A DNA stretch of 64,000 bases from Promethearchaeota archaeon (GCA_030603385.1 JAUVXW010000011.1:29564-93563); one strand, 5' to 3'; positions 34,802 to 46,015 are shown, counted from the first letter of the stretch. The notes: generated from the sequence alone by a model not told the origin. Made by a program: numbers and translations.

Positions 34802-35088
34802 CCCTTTTTCTCTCTGAATTTTGTGTGAAAAATTCATGGGAGCCTCAGTATCAAGCGTTATTATGGGCAACCATTACAAGATTTTGGGTAAAAATCTAAT
34901 TTGAGTGTGTAAAAAACAATAATTAGCTATTTGAAAAAAAATAAACCTTTTTAAAATTAGAAATTAATACAAAAGCAAAAAAACAGAAAAAATTGACAAA
35001 AATTTTTCCTTTATATATGGGGGTAAGTATCTTTTTATGATTTTATTAAAAAATTGTAAAAATAGAAAAATTGGAGGTATATATTACA

Positions 35089-35415
35089 ATGGAAACTAAT
35101 CTAATCACAATAAATAAGTTCTTTAAATTGAAAAGATTAGCAGAAATTTTAGCATATGTTATTATTGGGTATGATGCAGCAAAAAATCCAGTGTTACCTA
35201 ACGAAATCGCGAAGTATTACAAAATATCACATAAACAAGTATTGGGGTATATTAACGAGCTAGATGATTTGGGCTATATAATGCGTCCTGAAGAAAAATG
35301 TCCAAGACCTATTAGTCCTACAAAGGAAGGGTGGGAAATGTATGATGAAATGATTTCATCATTTTTTTCAAAGGAGGAGCAAAAATTGATAGAAAAACAT
35401 TCGCTATTAGAGTAA
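35089..35415 (+). CDS. Winged helix-turn-helix transcriptional regulator
   Basis: PNEIAKYYKISHKQVLGYINELDDLGYI.R...PTKEG wHTH pattern; GGAGG upstream of ATG 35089. Confidence 0.8.
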   Translation: METNLITINKFFKLKRLAEILAYVIIGYDAAKNPVLPNEIAKYYKISHKQVLGYINELDDLGYIMRPEEKCPRPISPTKEGWEMYDEMISSFFSKEEQKLIEKHSLLE

Positions 35416-35557
35416 GGTTATAATGTATATATAATAATAAATACCTTGAATAGTAGTAGCAGTTCATATAAAAATTTCAATCAGAGCATACATAATATTT
35501 ATAAGCATAATTATACTAAAGTTCTATATAATTAAATATAGATAAAAAAAAGGCTAG

Positions 35558-35583
35558 GAGATTCCCAAAATTTTTGGAATCTC
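35558..35583. promoter_or_regulatory. 26-bp palindrome, copy 3
   Basis: GAGATTCCcAAAATTTTtGGAATCTC, upstream of the surface-protein gene. Confidence 0.7.
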
Positions 35584-35620
35584 AAAAATCTTTACAAAAT
35601 TTAAGTTCAGGTGATTAGCA

Positions 35621-37381
35621 ATAAAAAAATATTTTAAGACGATTATCTTCGTTTCAGTGCTTTTAATGTTAAATCTTCACTCAGTTCTTTTATTTGTAAG
35701 TGCACAAGTGGGAGAGGCTGAGTATGCCACGTTCTCGTGGGAGGAAACCACTTATTCTACATCAGTATCGCTAGTCTGGGATGGCGAGTCGGCGGTTCAG
35801 AATTATACAGGTTCTTATTCAGATGTTTTTACTGTTATGGATAACTATGTTAACGTTACTGATAGCACCTATATAGAAGAAAAGCGTATTGTGAATTATG
35901 AGGCAAATTATACCCATTTTTCGAACTTCACTCGCAAAGGGTATCTCAATATCGATATTGACATAGATGTTTATAGAGTAGATGTTGACTATGGAGGTAG
36001 TGCAAAGCTAGTTTGGATGGCTTTAGAAAAAGGCTATTATGAATGGGATTTCTATGAAGATGCCTCAGGATATAGCTACGAGTATATTGAAGAGAATCAT
36101 CAAGTAATAGACAGAGAAATTAAAAAATATGATTGGGATACCATGGAGTTAATTGATGCATGGAATGTAACAGAAGAAATATATGATACTATAAATTGTT
36201 CTGGTGATGCGCATTCTTCTGAAGGAGCATATAACCATTTTAAATTAAATACGACGTTTACAATGCCTCTTTTTCTTGTGTTCCAACTGTATACCACAGA
36301 AAAAGGGGACCATATCGCATGGGCTAGCACTTTTTCAGAGTTCTTAGTATTTCGTGATAAAAATGACGATGGAATATATTCCGTCGGTTATTTTGAAACT
36401 CCTTATTATTTTGGTCCGCTTGATCTCTATTCTGGATCTGAGGCGTTTGGACGATTAAAACCTATAGCAGAAGAGTATGAAGGATCAAAAGAAAGTCTAG
36501 TATTGAACAATACGTTTTCTGGAAGTTTTCCTGATGACAGAACTGTCGATGAGATAGTATCTTCTATTAAATTTACTCCGCCTTCTTTAGTTGGAAATGA
36601 TACGGTCGTATGGGATATAGATTATAAAGGTTTCCCTATTGATATGGTCATTGGTCATAAAGATATCCCATTCGAGGAATATATAACGGATACAACCACT
36701 CCAAACGACTTCTCTTACGGGTTCGATTATAAGATCCGCGGTGGACAAGCAGATTTGAGTCTTACTCTAGGTCTACCAGATATAACCCATCTCGATGAAT
36801 ATGGTATATTTGAGGAGTATAATCTAGGATTATCGCTTCCCAAATATAATTATTTTCTCTCTTCATTTAATATCAATGAAATAGATCCAAAAGACTTAAC
36901 AATTCCCTCTGATATATTTTCATTTGAATCAAATAACCAAACCGTAGCAGAAATAAATCTTGTAAATCCGCTGAAGAGAAATTATACATTATATGATTAT
37001 CCGAGCACTGGAGAGACTATAACAGCCGAGTCTAGAGGTGCAAATATTAATAATATTGTAACTGTTTCTAATAGTTATTTTGGACATATCAACATCCCAG
37101 AGCTGAATTTCTTATATACAATCGAGGACTTGGCTAACGCTATTCCGGGATTCACAATTGTGGATAACCTTTATCATTTACATACAGAAAATTATCCTGT
37201 ATGGGCAGGAAAGAAATTAGTACACGATCCTACAAACACAATATATTTCGAGGATATAACTCTCCCTTTTCGAGTAGATGCTGATTCTATTCTCGGATTT
37301 GATATTGTTATCATTTCTAGTTCGGTTAGCTTCGTTGTTTTAGTTATAACATTAAAGCGAAAGAAATTTAAGAAGAAATAA
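35621..37381 (+). CDS. Acidic surface glycoprotein with signal peptide and Loki-CTERM-like C-terminal anchor
   Basis: 574-aa ORF from 35657 extends in frame to ATA 35621, giving (M)KKYFKTIIFVSVLL...VSA. Many NxS/T sequons; C-terminus ILGFD + TM + KRKKFKKK. Confidence 0.85.
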   Translation: MKKYFKTIIFVSVLLMLNLHSVLLFVSAQVGEAEYATFSWEETTYSTSVSLVWDGESAVQNYTGSYSDVFTVMDNYVNVTDSTYIEEKRIVNYEANYTHFSNFTRKGYLNIDIDIDVYRVDVDYGGSAKLVWMALEKGYYEWDFYEDASGYSYEYIEENHQVIDREIKKYDWDTMELIDAWNVTEEIYDTINCSGDAHSSEGAYNHFKLNTTFTMPLFLVFQLYTTEKGDHIAWASTFSEFLVFRDKNDDGIYSVGYFETPYYFGPLDLYSGSEAFGRLKPIAEEYEGSKESLVLNNTFSGSFPDDRTVDEIVSSIKFTPPSLVGNDTVVWDIDYKGFPIDMVIGHKDIPFEEYITDTTTPNDFSYGFDYKIRGGQADLSLTLGLPDITHLDEYGIFEEYNLGLSLPKYNYFLSSFNINEIDPKDLTIPSDIFSFESNNQTVAEINLVNPLKRNYTLYDYPSTGETITAESRGANINNIVTVSNSYFGHINIPELNFLYTIEDLANAIPGFTIVDNLYHLHTENYPVWAGKKLVHDPTNTIYFEDITLPFRVDADSILGFDIVIISSSVSFVVLVITLKRKKFKKK

Positions 37382-37387
37382 CCCAAA

Positions 37388-37408
37388 TTTTTTTTATTTT
37401 TATTTATT
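37388..37408 (+). terminator. Oligo-T archaeal-type terminator
   Basis: T-tracts immediately after the stop at 37381. Confidence 0.45.
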
Positions 37409-37424
37409 AGAAGGTGATCTTAGC

Positions 37425-37709
37425 ATAGCCGATACACTAATTGAATTGTGGTTTCCCAAATGTGAGCTAGATGAATTTTTTAATGTATTTGGTTTATTAT
37501 TTCAGTATTTAGGTATTAAGCATTATTTAATTTTGACCGATTTGGTTAAAGGGAAGACTTTATTAAAGTCGGTCTATGGAGACTTAGATTTTTTAAAAGA
37601 GTATAATCCCTTATTAAATCTTCTATGGAATGATAAGGATAAGATTTGGATGAATCACAAGCTCTTTACGGAAAAGATGGAAAAGATTTATCCTGAACTA
37701 ATTGTTTAA
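37425..37709 (+). pseudogene. Probable C-terminal fragment of a larger protein
   Basis: Ends W...KIWMNHKLF....IYPEL, resembling the C-terminus of a large Lokiarchaeia family (from recall); no ATG start at the 5' end. Confidence 0.45.
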
Positions 37710-37825
37710 TTTTTTGTTTAAATATAAATAGGATGAATGCTGATAGATATTTAGATATATATTATGAAACAAATCTGGCAGTCGATCCCGATGTAATAGA
37801 TAAGACTATTCCTAAGAAAAAGTAA

Positions 37826-37915
37826 CCAGCAATTTCTGGATATAGTATTATCCTAATAATTAGCCTAATTTCAGTAATATCAGTAATTATAATAAAAAAA
37901 CGAATGAAAAAGTAA
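37826..37915 (+). pseudogene. Orphan Loki-CTERM-like anchor remnant
   Basis: PAISGYSIILIISLISVISVIIIKKRMKK* with an in-frame stop directly upstream. Confidence 0.7.
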
Positions 37916-37946
37916 AATTTAATCTTTTTTTAAAAAAAATTGTGAA

Positions 37947-38676
37947 TTATTCAACAGCATTTCCACATTTTAGCTTATATGGATTTCTCAATCTCGCATC
38001 CCCTTTGATAAGATCATCGTCGCAAATAACTTTGGGAGTCATATATCCGCATTTTTCACATTCTACTGCCATAACACTTGCTTTTCCACATAGCTTACAA
38101 TAATTATTTTCGGTTAATTTATCCTTTTTAATGTCGCTCTTTTCTTCAGGGATATCCGTTATTTTTTTATCTTGATTCAAGGCTTTTTCTAGAGGTGTAA
38201 CCTGGTTATCCTCTTTAGAAGATTCTACTAAGCTCGTGTTAGCGTCTTTCAATCTTGGAGAGTTAGAGTCTTTAGAAGACATTTTTATTCCAGTTTCAAC
38301 AAATTTATCAATTATTGGTTTTTGCATAGTTGATACAAACTCTTTTATCTCAGTATCCGACTCTTTGTAATGTTTTTTTTCACTTGGTCTTTTTTTCTCA
38401 GGGTAATTTATAGGCTTTTTATTAATATTTAGACTGTCATTTAACTTATCCTTTATAATGTGTCTATTTTCAATCTTTCTAAGTTTCTCTAATAGTTCTT
38501 TCTGAGTTACCTTCCCTTGCTTTAATAAGTCTACGGTCTTGCTATCGAACTTATTGTTTTCAAGAGCTTCGCTTATTCGAGTTTTATTACGCAATCCTCT
38601 TTCTGTTAATCCAAAGATCTCATAATGAGCTTTTACAAATGAAGGAACTGAATTGTTACTTTGTGATACCATAACG
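37947..38676 (-). pseudogene. 3' half of a ParB-like gene, duplicate of 58005-58673
   Basis: Near-identical protein SQSNNSVPSFVKAHYEIFGLTERG...CxxC...CEKCG. The first ~48 aa of the track ORF are an off-frame reading of the 959-aa gene. Confidence 0.85.
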
Positions 38677-41535
38677 ATTATCCCTCCACTTAGGAAGTTG
38701 ACGTGTTTTATATCCAAATAATTCTCGTACCCGTACATTATAACTCTCAATGGTTTGTAGTATATCATCTGGATAAGCAATATAACCAGTCCCAATGTAA
38801 AAAGAATTAAGATTTTCAAGCATTTGTTCCATTAATTCATGATCCACCCACGCCGTCCATGTTCCTGAGATAGTCTTCATATGTCTCTTAAATTCAGACA
38901 GAAAAGCAGCCACATCAAACGAATATTCAGTAAAAATTAGTGTACTTAATGGTATTTCCATCCTCCTTGTTTCTTCTATTTCCTTATGTTCATCATTCTC
39001 CAGATCAAAAGTTATAGATGGCTTTCCATTTTGGGTAACCCGCTTCTCGATAATAGTTGTATTTAATAGCCTAACCTTATCATAGTTAATCTCATCTAAT
39101 GTTTCTGGGAAGTAAGCTTGTGGAATATCGTCACCATTAACATACTTAACCTCCAAAATATCGGCATCGTCAAACTGGTCAATCAAATTCATTTCAACTG
39201 GGAATTCAATAATATTAACTCTCTTTTCAAAACCCCCAGTATCATCCAAACTATAGTTCCTCCAACTCCTTACAAAAGAGATGTCACTACTACCAAGAGC
39301 ACTGGTATCCACATTTATACTCAGTAAATTTATTTCTTCATCGGATCCTATATTACGACTGGAAAAAAAGACTTCTACCTCATTAAGATATTTCATCGCA
39401 TCAGGAACAATATCCCAAGTAATTGAATTGTTGACCTTTAATAAGATATCATACGTATCAATTTCACCAGATAAATATAGAACCTCAGTCTCATTTATAT
39501 TACCATCTAAATCAACAGAAATAGGATTTTGTTCTCTATCATCAATTAACTGGTCAGCTAAATCGAGAAAATCAATATTACCACTTCCATCAATATCATC
39601 AACTTCAGAAATTCCAAAATCAGAGAAACTACCAAGTTCTGGGTTTCGAATTAAATTCCAAAGTATTTCATCTTCAATCATAGAATCTGGTGAAGCTAAT
39701 ATATAAGAAATATTAGCTATCTCAAACTTTGTAATAAACTGAATATTTATATTGTCATCAAAATCATAATAATGTATCAGTCTTGTTATATTTACATCGG
39801 TTTGAAATACTGACCAAACAACATCAAATCTAATATCTATAATAGAATCATCTTTAGCATCATGTCCTTTAGTATAAGTAAAAGCATATTCAAAAGAATT
39901 TTTACCAATACTTGGTAGAATCATATCGTATTCCGTAATATCTTCATCTTCAGTAGGTATATTATCACCATATACATCAGAAACAACCGAACCTGTTAAA
40001 TTATATGTAACCACATCCTTGTTCCAAGTCGTTTCCAGCTCTGTTGTATTAATTGACTGATTACCAAAAACTCTAAGTGTAGGAATAATTGAAACCTCTA
40101 TTGCATTATCAGTATTCTCTTTCCAAATCATAGGTTCTCCAGTATAATAATCTCCCTCTTCTGGTCTCTCAATAGAAATAGTTATCATAGTATTTTTATC
40201 CGAATCATGATCCATCACAACTTGATATATTTCATCATTTCCAAATTCCATTGAAACAAGTGGTGAATCATCTATTCCATCAATAAGACCATCTGAATCT
40301 GTATCCATAACAAAGGGATCAGAACCTATTGTAATCTCATTAAGATCAATAAGTCCATCGGAATCGGAATCCGTAACTGCATATTGTTCATGTATTGGGA
40401 TAAGTAATCCGTTACATGTAAAATAACTATTAAAAGCAAAAGGAGTATCATATATGAAACTCACTCTATGAAATCCTTCCGAAAAACATCCCAAATACTT
40501 AGACTTAGGATAACGTCCAGAGATCATTGTATCTCCCTTATAAAGTAAATCATCACCATCAATAGTTATATTACTAATTTCTCCAAGACCAAGAACAAGG
40601 TTAATATGACTTTCGTCAGAATCTTTTTCAGGTATATAAAAAATAAATTCTATGATTTTATCCATTATATCATCTTCGTCGGTAATTACAGTAGTAGAAC
40701 CAAGGGTATAATATCCCCATATAGTAGATTCAGTCGGATCATAAAAGTTCCAGAATAATGAATTTTGAACTTCAATTACATCAGAAATGAAATCCATATC
40801 CCAATCTGAAGAAACCATTACCTTAAAATTAACGGTCCCATTTCCTTTAAACTTCAATGTATGTTGCCCAGGATCCAGAAATAAATCATACTGGATATAA
40901 CTACCAGAAAATATAGTATAAGCTAAAATTGCAGGATCTACTTCATCATGACTTACTATATCATATACCTCATTAATTACTGTCCCATCAATCTCCATGT
41001 ATAAAGAATTATAGGAAAAATTAACAGGTTGTACAAGTATAGAAATCGGTCCACCAGCATCAAATACAATATCAGTCGTACTAACAGTATTTACTTCAAT
41101 TACTTCCTCCTCAATAAATAGTGGTTCAACAATAATCCAATCAAATATATTATTATCAATATCATCCTGGCTTATACTTATAGAATAAGAAACATTCATA
41201 ACACCAAAATCCACAGGAAATATATTCAATCCATAACTAACATTGTATACCGTACTATTAAAAGTAAACGTCGTATAATCTGTATTACTAATATTACACA
41301 TTATATACGACTCATTATAGGCATTGAAATTATATGTAGTTCGATCAATAGTATCATCATAAAGAAAATCAGCTAATTCAGGATCATACCAAGGTATTAA
41401 AGGTTTCTCAGGTCCTTTAGGAAATTTAATATGATTAGTAACAGTAGGCGCCAAAAAAGCAAAAAGTAACACAAGTACAATTAAAGTTCTTTCGATTTTT
41501 TTTGTTTTATTAATTTTCACCATATTTTTATTCAC
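38656..41535 (-). CDS. Secreted or membrane-anchored acidic protein with TSP3-like Ca-binding repeats, 3'-truncated
   Basis: N-terminal hydrophobic segment; DSDSDGLIDLNE and DTDSDGLIDGIDDSP. Its stop lies 20 nt inside the foreign ParB-like repeat. Confidence 0.82.
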   Translation of the reverse strand: MNKNMVKINKTKKIERTLIVLVLLFAFLAPTVTNHIKFPKGPEKPLIPWYDPELADFLYDDTIDRTTYNFNAYNESYIMCNISNTDYTTFTFNSTVYNVSYGLNIFPVDFGVMNVSYSISISQDDIDNNIFDWIIVEPLFIEEEVIEVNTVSTTDIVFDAGGPISILVQPVNFSYNSLYMEIDGTVINEVYDIVSHDEVDPAILAYTIFSGSYIQYDLFLDPGQHTLKFKGNGTVNFKVMVSSDWDMDFISDVIEVQNSLFWNFYDPTESTIWGYYTLGSTTVITDEDDIMDKIIEFIFYIPEKDSDESHINLVLGLGEISNITIDGDDLLYKGDTMISGRYPKSKYLGCFSEGFHRVSFIYDTPFAFNSYFTCNGLLIPIHEQYAVTDSDSDGLIDLNEITIGSDPFVMDTDSDGLIDGIDDSPLVSMEFGNDEIYQVVMDHDSDKNTMITISIERPEEGDYYTGEPMIWKENTDNAIEVSIIPTLRVFGNQSINTTELETTWNKDVVTYNLTGSVVSDVYGDNIPTEDEDITEYDMILPSIGKNSFEYAFTYTKGHDAKDDSIIDIRFDVVWSVFQTDVNITRLIHYYDFDDNINIQFITKFEIANISYILASPDSMIEDEILWNLIRNPELGSFSDFGISEVDDIDGSGNIDFLDLADQLIDDREQNPISVDLDGNINETEVLYLSGEIDTYDILLKVNNSITWDIVPDAMKYLNEVEVFFSSRNIGSDEEINLLSINVDTSALGSSDISFVRSWRNYSLDDTGGFEKRVNIIEFPVEMNLIDQFDDADILEVKYVNGDDIPQAYFPETLDEINYDKVRLLNTTIIEKRVTQNGKPSITFDLENDEHKEIEETRRMEIPLSTLIFTEYSFDVAAFLSEFKRHMKTISGTWTAWVDHELMEQMLENLNSFYIGTGYIAYPDDILQTIESYNVRVRELFGYKTRQLPKWRDNRYGITK

Positions 41536-42301
41536 TTTTTTATTATTTTTTGTTAGATTTTTTTTAAGTTAATTTGTTTTTTATCCAAATTTTTATAATC
41601 TAAAAACTCATATTATTTTCAATAAATTTCAATGAGTTAAGAGGAATTAAAACAAATTTAATTTAAAAGCTTTGCGAAAGTATAGAATCAGTATATAAAA
41701 TTCTTTACTAAACAAAAATATTTACTAAATATTGATGTTTACTAAATTTCAATCAATTTTAGATTAATTTTATTCGAAATTGAATTGCATTAATTTGAAA
41801 AACATTACCTGAATAAACCACTGTTGACAGAAGTTGACTTTTTAATTGTCTTACGAGTACGAAATTATTATATTTGAATAATCACACCAAAACAATTTAG
41901 AGATATTTTCTTAAAATGATAATTTAACTTATTTTATGATTTTTTTTTAAATAAATTGAGTAACATTTTAATAAAATCCAAACAATAAACGATATTTTCT
42001 ATAACTCAAAAAGAGACTCTTTTTGAAATTCTTAATTTCATTAAAATGATTGAACTTAAAACGGACAAATTATCACTTCAAGAGCTTGAGAAGATTGATA
42101 CATTAATTAACAAAGCAAAAGAAATTTATTTTTATTTTAAATAAAAAACAGCCAAGAGAAAAAAAAATTCCTATAAAAATTTATCTTAATCACTGTATTT
42201 ATCCAAAGAAAAAGAAAATAAAAAAAAATCATGCGAAAAATTTTTTAAAGCAGGTTGTTAAAAAGATGTTGTTATCTTTTAATAATATAGGTTAGATCTG
42301 C

Positions 42302-42559
42302 TCATATTATATTCACATTAATACTTAAATTTTTGATAATAACTCGATTTAATCTCTCGCATTTTTTACAGATTGAGAAAATTATTCCGTGATTATGAGA
42401 CATAACCAGAGAATCTTCATTGCAACAATCTGACTTAATTAATTTTAATGTTTTATCAGAAAAAATCTCGTAATTTCCTTTTCTAATTTGTTTACCAATT
42501 GCTTCATTGATTCTTAAATTTAGGAAATTATCATCGGAATCTATGCTTACTTCAATCAT
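42302..42559 (-). CDS. Hypothetical protein, possible Zn ribbon
   Basis: 85-aa ORF with DCC and CKKC; GTGA upstream. Confidence 0.55.
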   Translation of the reverse strand: MIEVSIDSDDNFLNLRINEAIGKQIRKGNYEIFSDKTLKLIKSDCCNEDSLVMSHNHGIIFSICKKCERLNRVIIKNLSINVNII

Positions 42560-42679
42560 TTTATCACTTCCTTATTTTTTTATTGTATCGGTATTTACCA
42601 AAATAATTTTCAAATAAACTAAACTGCTCTTATTATATAAGGCTTACCACGGAGTTATAATTGTTGAAAGAAAAAAAAA

Positions 42680-43483
42680 TTAATTACCATCAAATATATC
42701 TTCGTTATCTCCGTCTAAAGGAAATTTTTCTCTAAGATATAATGTTAGAGAAGGAAATCCTGAAATAGGATCTAATCCGTTCAATGCTAGTTTTTCTTCT
42801 TCCTTAAGATAATAAAGATATCCTTGTAAATATAAGAATGTACGTGAATTGTATGTACCTTCATTAAATCTTTTTATTATTTCTTGCTTAAACACTCTTA
42901 TTGCTGGTTCGTATCCATTATCTACTAATTTTTTTAATAAAGGAAAGGCAACATTTGTAGATAATATATCTGTGTTTAATCCATTTTCAATAAATGCTTG
43001 GATATTAGAACAATGCCCCATAAATTCCTCTTTAGAGGAAATTTTATGTCGGATTTTTTCTGTTGATTTAAAAACTATAGATGCCTCGTCAATAGATTTT
43101 ATCTCACGAATTCTCCTTTTTGGAATGTTGAATAATAAAGATTTACATGCCAAAAGTATTTTGTTATTAACATAGATATAAGTTTCCTTGCCAATGAGTC
43201 TTAAATCCACTAAGTCGTTTATCTTAAATATTGAAGAAGGTCTTACAGGATCTTTGCTTTTAATACTATCAAGACCAAATCCAGCAATAATAATTAGTAC
43301 CATACTGGGTATAAATACAGGTAGTAATTTATTAAATTCATCTACTACTCGAAGTATGAACCCAGCAATTATAACCCAAACGAGTAACGAAACCCCTATA
43401 ATCATCATTACCCATAATACTAACTTCAAATTTCTATATACTGTCATAATCAAACAAACTCTTCTTAATTTTAAAATAACCAA
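42680..43483 (-). CDS. Two-TM protein of an expanded Lokiarchaeia family (FKIND...TYIYVN...CK...SIDEA...EEF.GHCSN.QA...AFPLLKKL)
   Basis: Motif series recognised from recall; the start is probably the MTVY ATG. Confidence 0.75.
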   Translation of the reverse strand: MVILKLRRVCLIMTVYRNLKLVLWVMMIIGVSLLVWVIIAGFILRVVDEFNKLLPVFIPSMVLIIIAGFGLDSIKSKDPVRPSSIFKINDLVDLRLIGKETYIYVNNKILLACKSLLFNIPKRRIREIKSIDEASIVFKSTEKIRHKISSKEEFMGHCSNIQAFIENGLNTDILSTNVAFPLLKKLVDNGYEPAIRVFKQEIIKRFNEGTYNSRTFLYLQGYLYYLKEEEKLALNGLDPISGFPSLTLYLREKFPLDGDNEDIFDGN

Positions 43484-43840
43484 ATTAAATTTTAAACTTG
43501 TTTGTTTTAATCAGCATTTTTCCAATTATGGAATTATATCATAAAAGATTTAGAGAGAAAAAGGAGGGGAGAATGGCACAGAGTCAAGAAAAGAAAAGAA
43601 ATTCGCCAAAATTCATAAAGTGCCACAAACCCCCCGTAGTTGAGTATTAAAATAGTATATAGGCATGATACGATCTCATTCCCTACGATAGAAAGTACAT
43701 GATTATGTATAGTATATCTATATAGTATTGATATGATATAGGTATTTAAACCCCGAGTGTAAAAAAATTTAATAATTATTTGCATCTTTATGATAATTAA
43801 TAGACAAAATTGAGAAATATTACATTCTTATTCATTGTGA

Positions 43841-43977
43841 AAAATTTAGTTAAAAAAGGCTATTTAACCGAAGAACGTAAAGGTAGAGAGAAAATTATTA
43901 AAATCTCTGAACTTGGATTAGTGATATGTCCTGTTAAACATAATTATACTGATATTAAAGATAAATTGGATAAATGA
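43841..43977 (+). pseudogene. wHTH C-terminal remnant
   Basis: KNLVKKGYLTEERKGREKIIKISELG with no intact start. Confidence 0.55.
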
Positions 43978-44215
43978 TAGGATTACTAATTGATTTTATA
44001 TTAGTAGTGATTGAAACTTGCACGTCTCTTTAGTCGAGCCTAACTGGAATTACGAGGTTCGAGCCAAGAACTGAGAAAATCTTTTTTATAACTATATCTT
44101 ACATTAATTTCGAAATCTCTATTTTTTAAGAACACTACTTTCTTTATTTCTATTCCTATCTTTTTGGATACAAATAATTTTTCATTAAAAATAAGGGAAT
44201 CATGAGCTATTTCAA

Positions 44216-44683
44216 TTATAAAGATTGATTTTTGTGCTTCCTTCTTTCTTTTCTGAGAGGTGCAATGAATTCAATAACAATACCAAGTTCTTTTTCTGTA
44301 TCAAGATAAACAACGTCAAATGTACCTACTTGAATTAATAAGAGAATTTGTGTTCCTTTTTTCTGATATTCTTCAATATAGGGTACTATATTATTAACTG
44401 AAATCGCAATATGATGTAATCCTTCTTTTCCTCGTTCTAAGAATTCTTTATATGGACTTTCGCCTTCCAAAGGTTGAATTATCTCTATATTTAGATTGAA
44501 TAATTGACTCACAGCAATTTTTAATGATATTTTTGAGTCCTTTCCCCTATATAGACTTGGAATATCATTTTGCTCGAAAATATTAAATTTAATCTTATTA
44601 TTTAATGATTTTAAAGATTCAATCTGTTTATCTAGGTCTTTAAAAACATAACCTAAATGAAATATTTTAAAATCTTTCTCCAT
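44216..44683 (-). CDS. VOC family protein (glyoxalase/methylmalonyl-CoA epimerase-like)
   Basis: HLGYVFKD...IEIIQP..GES...FLE...EGLHHIAI...YLDT....G.VIEF. Confidence 0.9.
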   Translation of the reverse strand: MEKDFKIFHLGYVFKDLDKQIESLKSLNNKIKFNIFEQNDIPSLYRGKDSKISLKIAVSQLFNLNIEIIQPLEGESPYKEFLERGKEGLHHIAISVNNIVPYIEEYQKKGTQILLLIQVGTFDVVYLDTEKELGIVIEFIAPLRKERRKHKNQSL

Positions 44684-44817
44684 TTTTTACAGCCTTAATA
44701 CTTTCTCCATTTTATTAGATTTCATAATACTTTATTCTCATTCATTTTTATACTTTACAAATTAATTATTGAATTTGTAAAAAGCTAATTTTTGAGTTTT
44801 TCAAATAAGATAGAGTT

Positions 44818-44977
44818 CCCATGGAATGCCTATAATATTTCACACATTAACTATGCGGTTGCCGCTATTACTGAGTTATATAATAATAGAGAAAAAATTC
44901 CTAAAGTAAAAATATCTCGAAGAGCAGAATTACGATTACGACACTTTCAAACAGGGCTCCAACCTGTCTATAAATGA
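44818..44977 (+). pseudogene. C-terminal fragment of a tryptophanase/tyrosine phenol-lyase-like gene
   Basis: P..AY..SHINYAVAAI.ELY..R..I..V.I......LRHF...L.PV matches the C-terminus of beta-eliminating lyases. Confidence 0.65.
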
Positions 44978-45012
44978 CAGACAAAAATAATTACTTTTAA
45001 TATAAAAAATTC

Positions 45013-45408
45013 TTAAATTTCTAGCCTTCTTAATTTCTGGGAAATATTTTTCCTTCTGAGGATTTTCATAAAATCATCTTTTCTCTGCTGAAGCCGGCTT
45101 AAAAAAGAATCCAATTTATCAAAGTTATTGAAAAAATAATCCTTCCCTTCCACCATCATTTTTACTCCTTTCTTTTCATTTAAAATGATAGCATAAATTC
45201 CCCCTACCTCTGAATCATGTTTAATAAAAACCTTTTCTGCTGCTGGATGCTTTTCATTTCCTTTTTTTGCCCAGAAGTTATCTTTTAATAAATACGATCT
45301 ATACATTGACATTTTTTCACACACAACCTCTTTTTTATTGTTAATATGATGAGTCATCGAGATATGTTTATTAATATACTCGATAATACCATCGATATAT
45401 AGCTCCAT
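45013..45408 (-). CDS. Hypothetical protein
   Basis: 131-aa ORF; no motif recognised. Confidence 0.5.
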   Translation of the reverse strand: MELYIDGIIEYINKHISMTHHINNKKEVVCEKMSMYRSYLLKDNFWAKKGNEKHPAAEKVFIKHDSEVGGIYAIILNEKKGVKMMVEGKDYFFNNFDKLDSFLSRLQQRKDDFMKILRRKNISQKLRRLEI

Positions 45409-45715
45409 GTAATATAAAATAAAGTCTAATTATAACATCGTGTAATATGCATAGAACACAATATCACACAGATATTATGAAACTTTAATTCTACACTACA
45501 CAAGAAACTAAGATTTCAAAATCATTTATAAATCATAAAGTAAAAAACCCAGAACCATTTACTAAAAATTTTTTACTTGGGGTGAGACAATAATAATTTC
45601 AATTGGAAATTTACTCTTATTCACAGAGATATCCATGTATCATGAGATTTTTTAATTTAAACACAATAAACTAAAACATATCAGTTGAATTAATACATAG
45701 AAAAAATTATAAAAA

Positions 45716-46015
45716 TCACAAAAATGTAGAGAAATCTAAAATTTTCAACACAAAAACAATTGATTTCGATAATATATCTTGAAAAAAGTATATAAATTGG
45801 GTTAATACAGGGATATATCCATCCTTAGACTTCCAAAGTGTTAGTTCATTGTTAACGGCAAATAAAATATCTCCAGATTCTGTCTTTATAAGTTCTACAT
45901 TGCTTTTTTTAGGGAAAACTTGATCAATGAATTTTTGGTCATACTGCCTTAAGATTTCATCTTTAATAAGGTTTAGCTCGGATTTTCGAATGAAGTTTCT
46001 TTGTTTTATTTTCAT
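45716..46015 (-). pseudogene. Truncated PUA-domain RNA-binding protein (pre-PUA/DUF1947 N-terminus only)
   Basis: MKIKQRNFIRKSE...YIPVL is typical of archaeal MCT-1-like proteins. The PUA domain is replaced by unrelated sequence after ~45800. Confidence 0.7.

Noticed and set aside
34384-34870. Track ORFs 34384-34587 and 34682-34870
   Set aside because: The first is antisense to a better-supported gene; the second spans the palindromic regulatory region and has no RBS or recognisable motif.
44005-44075. tRNA-like GGTTCGAGCC and CRISPR-like ATTGAAAC
   Set aside because: No paired T-stem or cloverleaf, and no repeat array.
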